A stretch of DNA of 60,902 bases, the filler included. It is 3 parts of 3 records of this genome, joined end to end, with 100 filler letters (N's around TTAATTAATTAA, not from the genome) between each part and the next. Parts side by side here need not be neighbours in the genome. Positions count along the whole stretch, not along the records: positions 39,972 to 60,902 come from SRR31156797_3605; 2 more parts are not named here. One strand, given 5' to 3'. Both the position numbers and the translations under genes were made by a program. The notes under the pieces are model-generated. The model was not told the origin of the DNA. It saw only the letters and a program-made list of their open reading frames with translations, and did no database searches. Below are positions 39,972 to 50,065 of the stretch, in pieces (position 1 is the stretch's first letter; the number at the start of each line of letters is the position of its first letter).

Positions 39972-41938
39972 AGCACGAAAAGATCGGCCCCATCGTAATA
40001 CCCGTGGACCCCGTCCTGGCCCACGGCTCCCGTAAATTCCACCGCGTCCCCGATGCCGAGGTTTCCGGCCAGCGCCTCCAGGGAATCCAGGTCTTCGCCG
40101 CCGCCCACATAGGTCAGGTGAAAAGGGATGTCTCGCTCCTTCAGAGCACCGCAGGCCTCCAGAAGGATATGCTGCCCCTTGGCCGGCACCAGACGCCCCA
40201 GGCAAAGGATTTCAGGGATTTCATTTTCGGGCTCCGGCCGGGGTGCAAACCGTGCAGGATCAATACCGCACCGGACGATGTGGAAACGGGACCATAGATC
40301 ATGGGGCACCAGGCGCATGAGCTGACTTCGGCAATAATAGCTGATGCACCTGACGGCTCTGGCCCGCTTCACCTTTTCCGCCAGCAGGATCGTGTCCACG
40401 TTATAAAAGACGTCCGGTCCGTGCACACTCAAGCTGTAGCTTATGGTACCGTAGACGGCGGCGATCATGGCCACGGTGGCGGCCGGATTGGCAAAATGAA
40501 CGTGCACGTGGGCCATTTGATGCAGATGCATCCATCTAAGGAGGACCCCCGCTTCGGCAAAATAGGCCATGGCCTTAAAAATATTTCGAAAGCCCATCCG
40601 GGAAAAGGATACACTCCGGCGCAGCATGAAAAAATAGCATTTAGGGTTACTGAAAAGCAATGCCAGATGGGACGCAACCACCTTCAAAACAGCCGAGTCC
40701 TTGATGTAGAGGGTCTTGTCGGCATCCGCTTGTTCATCAACGGTCATTTTCCCTAAATTCCCCGGCCTTCTGATGGAGGCGGTCATCACACGGAACCCCT
40801 GTCGCCTCAAGGAACGGATTTCCCTGAAGATAAAGGTATGGGAAATCCCCGGATACTCGCTGGCCAGATAGACCACTCTTTTCAATATCCCCATGCGCCC
40901 CTCCTGTCTGTTTGTGACATTACGTCCCAACCCGGACCGTCTGTTCCGTAACGGCTTTCCCGAAATCTTTCCATGGTAAAAACGAATCACACCGAAAAAC
41001 TCAGGGATCACAATGAGGGAACAGTGTAATGCATAGGTCTTGGCCTGATCCCGCGAAAGTCCCTTGTCCGCCATGAAATGGGAGAGCCTGAATATGCGGG
41101 GGGAAAAGAGCAGCAGCAATCCGGGGAGCAGCAAAAGCAGCGACCAGGAACAAAAGAACAACCCCACAAGCGCCAGCAGGGTGAACCCCAGAAACCCGCC
41201 CCCGCGGATCAGGATACGGATGAATTCATGGAGCCAGAACCCCTTCCCTTCATAACCGAAACGGGCGGTGACCGCCGCAAACCCATAGCCGGTGCGAAAA
41301 CAGCGTTTCCAGTACTGACCGAATTTCGTCATGGCCAGGTCGTGCCGGGTCATGGGATCATCCAATTGAATGATTTTCCATCCCTTGAGCCTCATCCGTT
41401 GGCTCAGTTCGGGATCTTCCCCCCCCACCAGAACTTCATCATACCCGCCGGTTTCTTCCAGAATGGAACGTCGCACCAACACATCCCCGCCAAAAGCCTC
41501 ACACTCTCCGGGACGTGCATTCCATTCCATATTTCCGATCCAGTTGTAGACCGACGCGTAAGGGTTGATCTCATGGCGGTTGCCCCGCACGGCCCCCACA
41601 TCCGAATGCATGGCCGATGCGGCCTTAGAAAGCCAGTGGGGATCCATAATGGTATCGGAATCCAGAAACTGCACCATCGGCGAATTACCCGCCCGCCACC
41701 CGGCGTTCCGGCCCAGACCGGGGGTCGGCCCCGTTTGAATAATTTGGGCCGGATGAATTTCCACAACACGGACTCCGGAATAAGTACCCGCAAGGGGAAC
41801 GCTTCCATCCGTAGAGCCCCCGTCCACATAAAATGTATGGATTTCCCCTTCCGTGTAGCGGCTATCCCCGACACTTTCGATGCATTTCGCCAGGGTCTTT
41901 TCCGTATTAACCCCGATAATCACCACATCAATATCCAT
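39972..41938 (-). CDS. GT2 glycosyltransferase fused in frame to a GT4 (WcaL-like) glycosyltransferase; 3' end cut by contig end
   Basis: DVVIIG, VDGGSTD, FLDSD, GEDPEL (GT2); then from ATG 40894 YLASEYP..SHTFIFREI, HVHFA, GRLVPAKG (GT4). No stop between them. Confidence 0.8.
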
Positions 41939-41942
41939 TGCA

Positions 41943-42467
41943 TCACTCCATCTTATGCTCGCGATCTTTCGGGATAATGCGGGCCGGTATGCCCACCGCC
42001 ACGCTGTCCGACGGCACATCCCGGATCACCACCGAATTGGCGCCGATGACCACATTATCCCCCACCGTAATATCCCCGAGGATTTTTGCGCCCACGCCCA
42101 TATCCACGTTGTTCCCGATGACGGGTGCCACCGGATGGGCCGTATGGCGCAACCCCACGGTGACGCCGTTTCGTATGATGCAGTTATGGCCGAACCTGGC
42201 ATAACCGCTGACCACGATATCGCTGAAATGATCAATCCTGAAATTCCTGCCGATCTCCACCTCGCAGGGAAACTCAATCCCCGTCATGATCTGGATAATC
42301 TTATATAGAAATTTATAGAGAAAAGAGCAGGGTTTTCTGAACCAGGGATTATCAATGGTGTACCGCCACCGGCCGAACCGGTATGCGATCATGACCCAGA
42401 ACCCCTGGGCGCCCCAATCCCCGCCGTATGTTTTCAAGTCCTCCCGCAAATTTGAAAAAATCGCCAT
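41943..42467 (-). CDS. Serine O-acetyltransferase-like hexapeptide-repeat acetyltransferase (EPS, WcaB/CysE-like)
   Basis: YRFGRW, IDH, PVIGNNV..GVGAKILG, GANSVV, VGIPAR. Confidence 0.85.
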   Translation of the reverse strand: MAIFSNLREDLKTYGGDWGAQGFWVMIAYRFGRWRYTIDNPWFRKPCSFLYKFLYKIIQIMTGIEFPCEVEIGRNFRIDHFSDIVVSGYARFGHNCIIRNGVTVGLRHTAHPVAPVIGNNVDMGVGAKILGDITVGDNVVIGANSVVIRDVPSDSVAVGIPARIIPKDREHKME

Positions 42468-42502
42468 GTGTTCCCTTTCATCACCTTTCACCGGCCACGC
42501 CC

Positions 42503-43480
42503 CTACCAGGGGATCGGCGGCGTGAATATGCCCAGCCGGGTATCCCACAAGGCCTGAAGTCCCTGGCGGATAAAACCGAGGGATTCTTCCCGTTTGAGGT
42601 GACGGTTTTCACCGCCGGGCCTCAGATTGGCCACATAGCGCAAAGCATGCCAGCCGATTTCCACACCGGCGTTGGCCGCGAGTGAAAAGAATCCGCAATT
42701 TTTTCGAAAGTAGAGATACTCACTCCGCATTCGGAACTTGAGCACCTGGCTGCCGCCCTTGTCAAATCTCTGGTCCTTTCGGGTCCTGGCACTGCCGCCC
42801 CCCACATGAACCACCTCGGCATGGGGAACGAAAAACACTTTCCATCCGTTGCGTCTGGCGCGAAAACAGAGATCCGTCTCCTCATAGTAGATAAAAAAGC
42901 GTTCATCAAAAAGACCGATCTGGGTGAGCATGCGGCGACGGTAAATGGTGAAGGTTCCCGGCACCCAGTCCACCTCCTGAACGCTGTTGTGATCGAAATA
43001 CTTGAAGTCGCCACGGCCGAAAATCCTGGAGGCAGCATATCTGTCGCTGAGGCCGCTCAAGGTGAAGAACTTATACAGACTGTTGGGGAACCGCCTGGCG
43101 GAGGGATCCAGATCCCCATCCAGGTTCACCAGACGACCGCCGCAGAGGCCGCAGTCCGGATGATCTTCCATAAACGCCACCCCGTTTTCCATGGCCCCAG
43201 GTTTCACGTAAGCATCCGGATTCAGAAGAACAATGTACCGGCCTGTGGCAAGTTCATAGGCCTGGTTGTTGGCTGCGGCAAAACCCGCATTGATGCTGTT
43301 CTCAATCAAGTGTACCTGTTTGAATTTTTCCCTGACCATGGCTGCGGAATCATCTTTTGAGTCATTGTCCACCACAAAGACTTCCAGTTCGTGAAATCCG
43401 GGATATTTAAAGAGGGATTCCAGGCACTCCCCGAGCATGGCGCTTGTATTATAACTGACGATAATCACGGAAACTTTCAT
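42503..43480 (-). CDS. GT2 family glycosyltransferase (WbbL-like)
   Basis: VSVIIVSYN, VDNDS, NAGFAAANN, LLNPD, FDERFFIYYEETD. Confidence 0.9.
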   Translation of the reverse strand: MKVSVIIVSYNTSAMLGECLESLFKYPGFHELEVFVVDNDSKDDSAAMVREKFKQVHLIENSINAGFAAANNQAYELATGRYIVLLNPDAYVKPGAMENGVAFMEDHPDCGLCGGRLVNLDGDLDPSARRFPNSLYKFFTLSGLSDRYAASRIFGRGDFKYFDHNSVQEVDWVPGTFTIYRRRMLTQIGLFDERFFIYYEETDLCFRARRNGWKVFFVPHAEVVHVGGGSARTRKDQRFDKGGSQVLKFRMRSEYLYFRKNCGFFSLAANAGVEIGWHALRYVANLRPGGENRHLKREESLGFIRQGLQALWDTRLGIFTPPIPW

Positions 43481-43526
43481 AATCTTTATCTCCGTTATGC
43501 CGTTCATAACCCCAAGATAAAAAAAA

Positions 43527-44621
43527 TTATCGATTCGGTCTGGAAATATCGTACAAAACCGCACCGCTGATAAAAGTCCTCAGCAAAGGATCGACCTGTC
43601 TCAAATAATAATTAAACTTGGCGATCCCTTTTCTGGGAAGGTAGATGATGTCATTATCCTTGAGCACATAGTTCTGGGAAAAATCACCCCTGGCCAGAAT
43701 GGTTTCCAGGTTCACGGTTTTCACCCCTTCCTGGTTCCGAACCTTCCGAATCAGCCGAATCTCTTCGATATTGGCGTTTTCCGTGGGTCCGCCGGCCAGA
43801 TTGATGGCATCCAGGATGGTCAATGCCGTGGTCTGGATGGGCACGGACCCCGGCGTATTGATCTCGCCCATGACAAAGACGGCGGCATCCATGGAATCGG
43901 GGATATAGACGATATCGTTATTGGCCAGACGGACATTTAACCGCATGTCCGCCCTCTGAAGAAGTTGCAGCAGATCCACCCAGATGATCTGATCCCGGCC
44001 CCGAACAATATAGCACTTTGAAAGAAAAACACTCTTGTCTTCCGTGGGAAGACCGCCGGCCATGGAAAGGGCTTCCAGAAGGGTGACGGCCCCATCAAAA
44101 TGGATAATGCCCGGATGATCCACCCTCCCCAGCACAAACACCTTGTTGTTTTTATATTCGGTGATGCCCACCGTCACCAGCGGCTCCTCATAATACTTGC
44201 GGTATAGCTTCTTGATGGCTTTTGCAGCCCCGGCCCTGCTCATTCCCCCGATCTTGAACACCCCCACCATGGGGAGCGTTATGAGTCCATGGGGTCCCAC
44301 CACATGTTCCCCGGTCAAATCGGGGCGCTTCCAGACACCGATCTTCAGAACGTCTCCCGGACCGATGAGATATTCCTTGTCCAGGTTGGCGTCGTAAATC
44401 TTCAGAAGTTCAGGGGTTATGTAAGGGATCTCCGACTCGAACGCGACGGTTTTAAAGGGCGTGTCGTCCTTGATTTCCACGGGCGCGGGGTAACAGCCCC
44501 AGAGACCCGAAAACAGGAATAGAGCAAAGAAAGTGACAAAAACCCGCCCCCTGCCCCCTGCCCCCTGACAACTTACCCTCTTCTTCCGCCGTCCCACCGT
44601 CTCAACCTCTCTCCTTTTCAA
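43527..44621 (-). CDS. wza: Polysaccharide export outer-membrane lipoprotein (Wza/OPX)
   Basis: LWGC lipobox, YLIGPGDVL, ITLPMVG, two SLBB repeats (VFVLGRV, VFVMGEI). Confidence 0.85.
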   Translation of the reverse strand: MKRREVETVGRRKKRVSCQGAGGRGRVFVTFFALFLFSGLWGCYPAPVEIKDDTPFKTVAFESEIPYITPELLKIYDANLDKEYLIGPGDVLKIGVWKRPDLTGEHVVGPHGLITLPMVGVFKIGGMSRAGAAKAIKKLYRKYYEEPLVTVGITEYKNNKVFVLGRVDHPGIIHFDGAVTLLEALSMAGGLPTEDKSVFLSKCYIVRGRDQIIWVDLLQLLQRADMRLNVRLANNDIVYIPDSMDAAVFVMGEINTPGSVPIQTTALTILDAINLAGGPTENANIEEIRLIRKVRNQEGVKTVNLETILARGDFSQNYVLKDNDIIYLPRKGIAKFNYYLRQVDPLLRTFISGAVLYDISRPNR

Positions 44622-45673
44622 TTTTCATAATGTTCGCGTATCCAGTCCTGATAGGCCCCGCTCCTGACACGGTCGATCCATGCCGGGTGCGCCAGGTACC
44701 ATGCAAGGGTTTTCTCGATTCCCGATTGAAAGGACTCCTCGGGAACCCATCCCAACTCTTTTTTCAGTTTGCCGGCATCAATGGCATACCGCCGATCATG
44801 TCCAAGGCGGTCCTTCACATAGGTGATCAGCGTCCGCCTGGAAAGCTTTCCTTTCATGTCGGGGAGCGCATCGATCAGATCGCAGATAATCTCCACAATG
44901 CGGATATTTTCCATCTCGTGGTTGCCCCCGATATTATAGGTCTCGCCTTTTTTTCCGTTTTTCATAATGGTCCAGATGGCCGTGCAGTGGTCTCGAACAT
45001 AGAGCCAGTCCCTGACATTTTTGCCGTCTCCATATATGGGAAGGGATTTATCCTCCCGGGCATTGAGAATCACAAGGGGGATCAGCTTTTCGGGAAACTG
45101 GTAGGGGCCATAGTTATTGGAACAGTTGCTGATGGTGACGGGAAGCCCATAGGTTTCATGATAGGCCCGAACCAGGTGATCGGAAGACGCCTTTGAAGCG
45201 GAATAGGGGCTGTTGGGCCGGTACGGCGTGGTTTCCGTAAACAGCCCTTCCTTCCCGAGACTCCCAAATACCTCGTCGGTGCTGATATGGTGAAACAATT
45301 CAACCTGCGACCGGTGGCCACGGGACGCTTCCAGCAGATTGAAGGTCCCCACGATATTGGTCTGAATAAAGGCACCGGGTCCCACAATGGATCGGTCCAC
45401 GTGGGATTCTGCGGCAAAATGGCAGACCGAATCCGGACGGTATTCATCAAAGAGCCCATCCATCCGTTCCCTGTGGCAGATATCCGCTTTGACGAAGACG
45501 TAACGGTCACCGTATTTTTCTTCAATTTCCGTAAGATTTTCCGGGTTTCCCGCATAGGTCAGGTTATCCACATTGATGACCCGTCCTTCAAAATCGCTTT
45601 CATCCAGAAGATAGCGGATAAAATTACTTCCGATAAAACCGCATCCGCCCGTTACCAGCATATTCTCCATCAT
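44618..45673 (-). CDS. rfbB: dTDP-glucose 4,6-dehydratase
   Basis: VTGGCGFIGSNF, HFAAESHVDRSI, STDEV, YSASK, NNYGPYQFPEKLIP. Confidence 0.96.
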   Translation of the reverse strand: MMENMLVTGGCGFIGSNFIRYLLDESDFEGRVINVDNLTYAGNPENLTEIEEKYGDRYVFVKADICHRERMDGLFDEYRPDSVCHFAAESHVDRSIVGPGAFIQTNIVGTFNLLEASRGHRSQVELFHHISTDEVFGSLGKEGLFTETTPYRPNSPYSASKASSDHLVRAYHETYGLPVTISNCSNNYGPYQFPEKLIPLVILNAREDKSLPIYGDGKNVRDWLYVRDHCTAIWTIMKNGKKGETYNIGGNHEMENIRIVEIICDLIDALPDMKGKLSRRTLITYVKDRLGHDRRYAIDAGKLKKELGWVPEESFQSGIEKTLAWYLAHPAWIDRVRSGAYQDWIREHYEN

Positions 45674-46545
45674 TTCACCTCATCCATCAAACGATCCTTG
45701 AACAGGGTCACAAATTGAACCAGATCGGCCCGCCAATCCCGCATGCTGTTCAGGCCTGCATCCTTCAACCGTTGATTTTCCAGGATCGAGTTGGCGGGCC
45801 TTTCCGCGGGGGTGGGGTAGTCACGGGTGTTACAGGGGATAAACGCATTGGGAACCGCCATTTCACCCAAAAAGGTGGTGGCCAGTTCGTACCAGGTGCA
45901 GTAGCCTTCCGATGTGGCATGGAAGATGCCGTTCCGATCCGCATCCATCACATTTTCAATCTGCTCCGCCAGCCGGTAAGACCACGTGGGAGAACCGAAC
46001 TGGTCATGAACCACCTTGATCTCTCTTTCCGGATCACCCAGCGCCAGCCGCAGCATGGTCTTCAGGAAATTCCGACCATTGGCCCCATAGAGCCATGCCG
46101 TTCTAAGGATACTGTAACGGTCCGTTTCCGCACAAATCGCTTTCTCCGCTTCCAGCTTGGTAAGGCCATAGTAGGAAATGGGGTTTGTGTCGTCGTTTTC
46201 CGTATAATATTCAGGGACCGGTTTTTTCCCGTCAAATACATAGTCCGTTGAAATATGGATCATCCGCGCCCCCCATTCCCCGGCGGCGACGGCCAGATTC
46301 TTCGGCCCTTCCACATTGACCTTCCAGGCCAACTCTTTTTTTGTTTCGCAGTCGTCCACCTTGGTGAAGGCCGCACAATTCAAGATCACATCCGGCTTCA
46401 AATCCTTAACAAACGCCCTCACCGCCGTCCGGTCGACGATATCAAGGGCTCGTGAGCCCACGGGGGTTACGTGGTGGTTTTTTTCCAGAACTTCCGTACA
46501 ATCCCGGCCCAGCTGCCCGGTACCACCCGAAATCAGAATTTTCAT
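45670..46545 (-). CDS. rfbD: dTDP-4-dehydrorhamnose reductase
   Basis: GGTGQLG, NCAAFTKVD, STDYVFDG, YGLTK, DQFGSPT, YPTPAERP. Confidence 0.95.
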   Translation of the reverse strand: MKILISGGTGQLGRDCTEVLEKNHHVTPVGSRALDIVDRTAVRAFVKDLKPDVILNCAAFTKVDDCETKKELAWKVNVEGPKNLAVAAGEWGARMIHISTDYVFDGKKPVPEYYTENDDTNPISYYGLTKLEAEKAICAETDRYSILRTAWLYGANGRNFLKTMLRLALGDPEREIKVVHDQFGSPTWSYRLAEQIENVMDADRNGIFHATSEGYCTWYELATTFLGEMAVPNAFIPCNTRDYPTPAERPANSILENQRLKDAGLNSMRDWRADLVQFVTLFKDRLMDEVK

Positions 46546-46554
46546 GAACACTCC

Positions 46555-46622
46555 TTACGCATCATACCCCTTTGATGGGATGCATGCCATTTCCAAACCG
46601 TCTCCACAATGGTTTCCAAATT
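46555..46622 (-). pseudogene. galE: 3'-terminal remnant of a UDP-glucose 4-epimerase gene
   Basis: Reads NLETIVETVWKWHASH / KGYDA* with one frameshift, matching the GalE C-terminus (L..I..TAW.WH..HP.GY). Confidence 0.6.
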
Positions 46623-46626
46623 TACA

Positions 46627-46983
46627 CTAAGATCGATCAAAATCCTTTTCAGCAGAGGCCCTGTCATTGAAAACCTCAAAAAACTCACCGAGACGCGTCA
46701 GGCTGAAAATACTTTTCACCTGGTTTTGAATGGCACATATTTTCAGGGTGCCGCCCTTGGCGTCGACCGCTCGGTATGAAGCCAGAAGAATGCCCACACC
46801 CGCGCTGTCAATAAACTCCACGCCGCTCATATCGAGTATTATTTTGAGCCGATTTCGCTTCACCTGTTCTTTTACACTTGCCAACACACGTTTCGCAGAA
46901 CCTGCATCCAAACGTCCCTTAAGCGCAATGATGCTTACACCCTTGTCAATTTCTTCCGATACCGCCATCCCCATATCCCCCAT
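46627..46983 (-). CDS. STAS domain anti-sigma-factor antagonist
   Basis: LKGRLD, LDMSGVEFIDSAGVG, IFSLTRL. Start uncertain. Confidence 0.88.
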   Translation of the reverse strand: MGDMGMAVSEEIDKGVSIIALKGRLDAGSAKRVLASVKEQVKRNRLKIILDMSGVEFIDSAGVGILLASYRAVDAKGGTLKICAIQNQVKSIFSLTRLGEFFEVFNDRASAEKDFDRS

Positions 46984-47042
46984 TGGCCAGCCCCTCACAA
47001 TCCGTTCCCTGTTATTGACCCTTATGACCCGCTCTTACCGTT

Positions 47043-47606
47043 TCAGGACGAATGCAACATGGACCTGAGTCCCACATCCAGGGGTAGTTTGATGTCGCAT
47101 GATGAAATAATTTCCCCACCATCCGCTTGAACGACCCTTGCCGAAATGTACACGTTCGTCATGGCTTGAGCGTAGGTTCCCACAACCACCGCCTGGGCAC
47201 CGTGAGCATGGGAAATCTCTTTAACCGAACGGCTCAACAGGAATTCGCCGCCCTTCTCTTTGACATAGATGGCGTTTCGAAGTTTCAATTCAATGACTTT
47301 ATACCCCCTCTGCCCCAAACGTGAGCAGACATACTCAGACATCATCCGGCCAAAATTGGAAGACCGCTGCATATATCGAACGTCCACAAAGGAGGCCACC
47401 AGAATGGTCTTATTGCGTGCCAGCGGCTCCCTCAGATTGGAAATCAGGCTGTCGGCCAGGTTGTAACTGACATTCACCAGGTTCGGTTCCCCCGAAACGG
47501 CAGCCTCCGTTTCAGTGGCCCCACCCTTGAATACCGGTTTCGACGATGCACAGGCGCCGAAAACAAGCGCAACCACGACCCCCCAAAAGAGCAGCCCTTT
47601 TCCCAT
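47043..47606 (-). CDS. FlgO-family outer-membrane lipoprotein
   Basis: FGAC lipobox, ILVASFVD, SSNFGR, GEFLLSR, AVVVGTY, ISARVV. GAGGAG RBS. Confidence 0.8.
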   Translation of the reverse strand: MGKGLLFWGVVVALVFGACASSKPVFKGGATETEAAVSGEPNLVNVSYNLADSLISNLREPLARNKTILVASFVDVRYMQRSSNFGRMMSEYVCSRLGQRGYKVIELKLRNAIYVKEKGGEFLLSRSVKEISHAHGAQAVVVGTYAQAMTNVYISARVVQADGGEIISSCDIKLPLDVGLRSMLHSS

Positions 47607-47638
47607 TACGATTCTCCTCATCTCCCCGGTTACCCGCC

Positions 47639-47818
47639 TCATAAACCCTGAAGGCATTTCTTGTTTTCAAAACCCGGTCCCACGACACAGAATTTTTTAA
47701 CCGGCGGCCCGGTCACGGATAAATCTTTCGCTGCCGTATCGGGCGTGAAAGGCTTGACCTTGGCGCAACCCGCCGGGAAACAAACCATTAACAGTATCAA
47801 AACCCCGATCCGCATCAT
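47639..47818 (-). CDS. Small lipoprotein (59 aa) missing from the ORF track
   Basis: MMRIGVLILLMVCFPAGC lipobox then AKVKPFTPD...KFCVVGPGFENKKCLQGL*. Fills the gap between co-oriented genes. Confidence 0.6.
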   Translation of the reverse strand: MMRIGVLILLMVCFPAGCAKVKPFTPDTAAKDLSVTGPPVKKFCVVGPGFENKKCLQGL

Positions 47819-47850
47819 GTTATGCCCATCCTTCCATCCATACCCGCGCT

Positions 47851-48306
47851 TTAATTTTCAGTAAGCTCGAAACACCGGGCTTCCAGGTCATGAACAAACT
47901 TGTACAAGCCCACTTCCACATCCCAGGTCATCACTTCCCGGTTTTCTTCCAGGCATTCCCTGAGGGCATCATCCAGTGCTCCGCAGCAACGGGTGGTGTA
48001 ATCCAAATCCGTACACATGCCTTTACTGACAATTTCCTTAAACAAGGGTTTTGCATATTGGGACAGCATCCAGCATCCCCCCTTGCAGGCCATGGGATCC
48101 TTGATACCCTGGTCTTTATTGTTCTCGCAATAGGACTGGCAATCCCAGACGATGGTCCTGAGATCCACGCATTCTTTCCCCTTGTAAGAGCTGTAACATG
48201 AAACAATAACACAACAGGCCAGAAGCAACAGCAAGAAGCATCCAATCCCCCCAATGGCACGGACGGCCCATCGGCTTCCCACAATATATGGACAAAACCG
48301 CATCAT
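47851..48306 (-). CDS. Cys-rich exported protein / lipoprotein, hypothetical
   Basis: Hydrophobic leader ending IVSC; mature part has about 10 Cys and no CxxCH. Confidence 0.55.
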   Translation of the reverse strand: MMRFCPYIVGSRWAVRAIGGIGCFLLLLLACCVIVSCYSSYKGKECVDLRTIVWDCQSYCENNKDQGIKDPMACKGGCWMLSQYAKPLFKEIVSKGMCTDLDYTTRCCGALDDALRECLEENREVMTWDVEVGLYKFVHDLEARCFELTEN

Positions 48307-48432
48307 ATGACCTTTAAAAAACCCGATTCTTGCTCCATTAATTTCATAAATAGACCTTTACAAGAAATTATGGTTACGGCAATTCAATTTTACCGTATCA
48401 TTTTTCCGGGGATAAGGTCCATTACTTCCGCC

Positions 48433-49521
48433 CTACACCAGCTCCGGTAATTTATGGGGGATTCTCATAATGATTTTGGCGCCTTTTCCGGGCTCACTTT
48501 CAATTCGGACATCCCCGCCATGCTCACCGATAATACGCCTCACGAAGCACAGCCCCATGCCCACGCCGACCGCTTTGGTGGTAAAAAACGGATCAAAGAC
48601 ATAGGGCATATCTTTTTCCGAGATACCGACCCCGTCGTCAACAATCTCCATTAACAAACCGTTATCCTCCTCCTGGAGAAAAATCGCCACTGACCCTCCA
48701 TCAATGTCAAGGAATTCCATGGCATTGAGCAGGACCTCGTAAACGGCTCTTCCGAAAAGTACCTGATCAACCGGGAATTCGACCATGGAAGGCTCCAAAG
48801 ACCACATGACCCGTTTTGAAAGTTCGGCCGCTTTTGCCTGAAGTCGGGCCATTTCCTTTTCAATAATATCTGAAAGAGGGACCTTGACCGGTTCAGCCCT
48901 TGGAATCCGGGTGTATTCGCTCACAACCTTTACAATGGCCTCAAGCCGCCCGGCATCGCTCAAAATGTTTTTCAAGTAGGCGGCGATTAATGAATTTTCA
49001 TTAATTTTGTTGAGAATCCGCACGGCAAAACCGCCGATGCTCATGACGGGATTGCGTATCTGGTGGGCAATGGCCATGGCAAGCCGCGTCAACCCTTCCG
49101 CCCGCTCGCGCTCCAGGCGGTGCTTTTCCCTCAAGACCCGCTTTTCCCGGTCATGGAGCAACTGAAGTTCCGTTACGTCATGAAGGATCAGGACAATACC
49201 GGCGATCTGTTCATTCTCCCTGAGAAAAGACCCCGTAATGGATAATTGAAGCGTTTTGCCGCCCGGTTGAACATAGGGGACCCTGCGATGGAGATTGACT
49301 TTTTTCTCCTGTATCACATCCAGTATGACCTGATTAAACGCCTCATTTCTTGAATCCTCCAGAAACAGATCGCCCCATCCCTTACCTTCAAACATGCGGC
49401 AGGCATAGCCCAGAATCTGGGATGCCGCATCATTGCTGGTAACAATTTCTCCACCCGGGTCAATGACCAGAAGACCCACCGGAATGCTTTCCAAAATATT
49501 ATGAAGGATGATCGATTTAAT
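48433..49521 (-). CDS. PAS-domain sensor histidine kinase; probable ATT start
   Basis: PAS, IAHQIRNP H-box, N-box, DDGVG, FDPFFTTK, GMGL. AGGAGG lies 6 nt before in-frame ATT 49521. Confidence 0.88.
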   Translation of the reverse strand: MKSIILHNILESIPVGLLVIDPGGEIVTSNDAASQILGYACRMFEGKGWGDLFLEDSRNEAFNQVILDVIQEKKVNLHRRVPYVQPGGKTLQLSITGSFLRENEQIAGIVLILHDVTELQLLHDREKRVLREKHRLERERAEGLTRLAMAIAHQIRNPVMSIGGFAVRILNKINENSLIAAYLKNILSDAGRLEAIVKVVSEYTRIPRAEPVKVPLSDIIEKEMARLQAKAAELSKRVMWSLEPSMVEFPVDQVLFGRAVYEVLLNAMEFLDIDGGSVAIFLQEEDNGLLMEIVDDGVGISEKDMPYVFDPFFTTKAVGVGMGLCFVRRIIGEHGGDVRIESEPGKGAKIIMRIPHKLPELV

Positions 49522-49536
49522 GACGAACCTCCTGCT

Positions 49537-50040
49537 TTAATAATCCTTAGGTCGTTCCTTCACCCGGGAGGGTGTCATAAAGACTTCTTCCAGGGACACC
49601 ACCGCCATGGCCATATATTGCCCTTCCACAACACAGGATATACTTGAGATGGAGGTACAGATGGCAAGGGTCCTTATGCCCACGGCGGCCAAAGAAGAAA
49701 ACATGGCACCATGAACAAAGGGTTTTTCTCTCAAATGGGGCGCAAAAACAGTGATCACCGCCACATCCGGCACATAGGAAACCGCCTTGGCATGGGTGGC
49801 GGGCTTTATTTCCTCCAGGATCATCAAGGCCCCATCCAGGTCCTTTTGGTCTATGACCAATGCAAAGTTCCCACAGTCGTCCAGGTCAAAGCTTTCCACC
49901 AGCATTTCGATATTCACATGATGCTCTCCCATGGCGCTCAGAACGGTGCCGGCCACGCCCACATGATCCGGCACGGACATGATTTTCACCAGGGACCGTC
50001 CGTCACTCTGCATAATGCCGCCGATTTTCACCTTTTCCAT
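49537..50040 (-). CDS. Tandem ACT-domain protein (aspartokinase beta-subunit-like)
   Basis: VPDHVGVAGTVLSAMGEHHVNIEML and MFSSLAAVGI...TSISSISCVV. Confidence 0.8.
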   Translation of the reverse strand: MEKVKIGGIMQSDGRSLVKIMSVPDHVGVAGTVLSAMGEHHVNIEMLVESFDLDDCGNFALVIDQKDLDGALMILEEIKPATHAKAVSYVPDVAVITVFAPHLREKPFVHGAMFSSLAAVGIRTLAICTSISSISCVVEGQYMAMAVVSLEEVFMTPSRVKERPKDY

Positions 50041-50065
50041 GAATCCCATCTCCCGCATGAGCGCA

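Noticed and set aside
41078-41977. 299-aa plus-strand ORF and many other long antisense ORFs in segment 3
   Set aside because: They lie opposite well-supported genes in GC-rich DNA and show no recognisable motifs.
47851-48306. Multiheme cytochrome or ferredoxin
   Set aside because: Cys-rich but has no CxxCH or CxxCxxC motifs.
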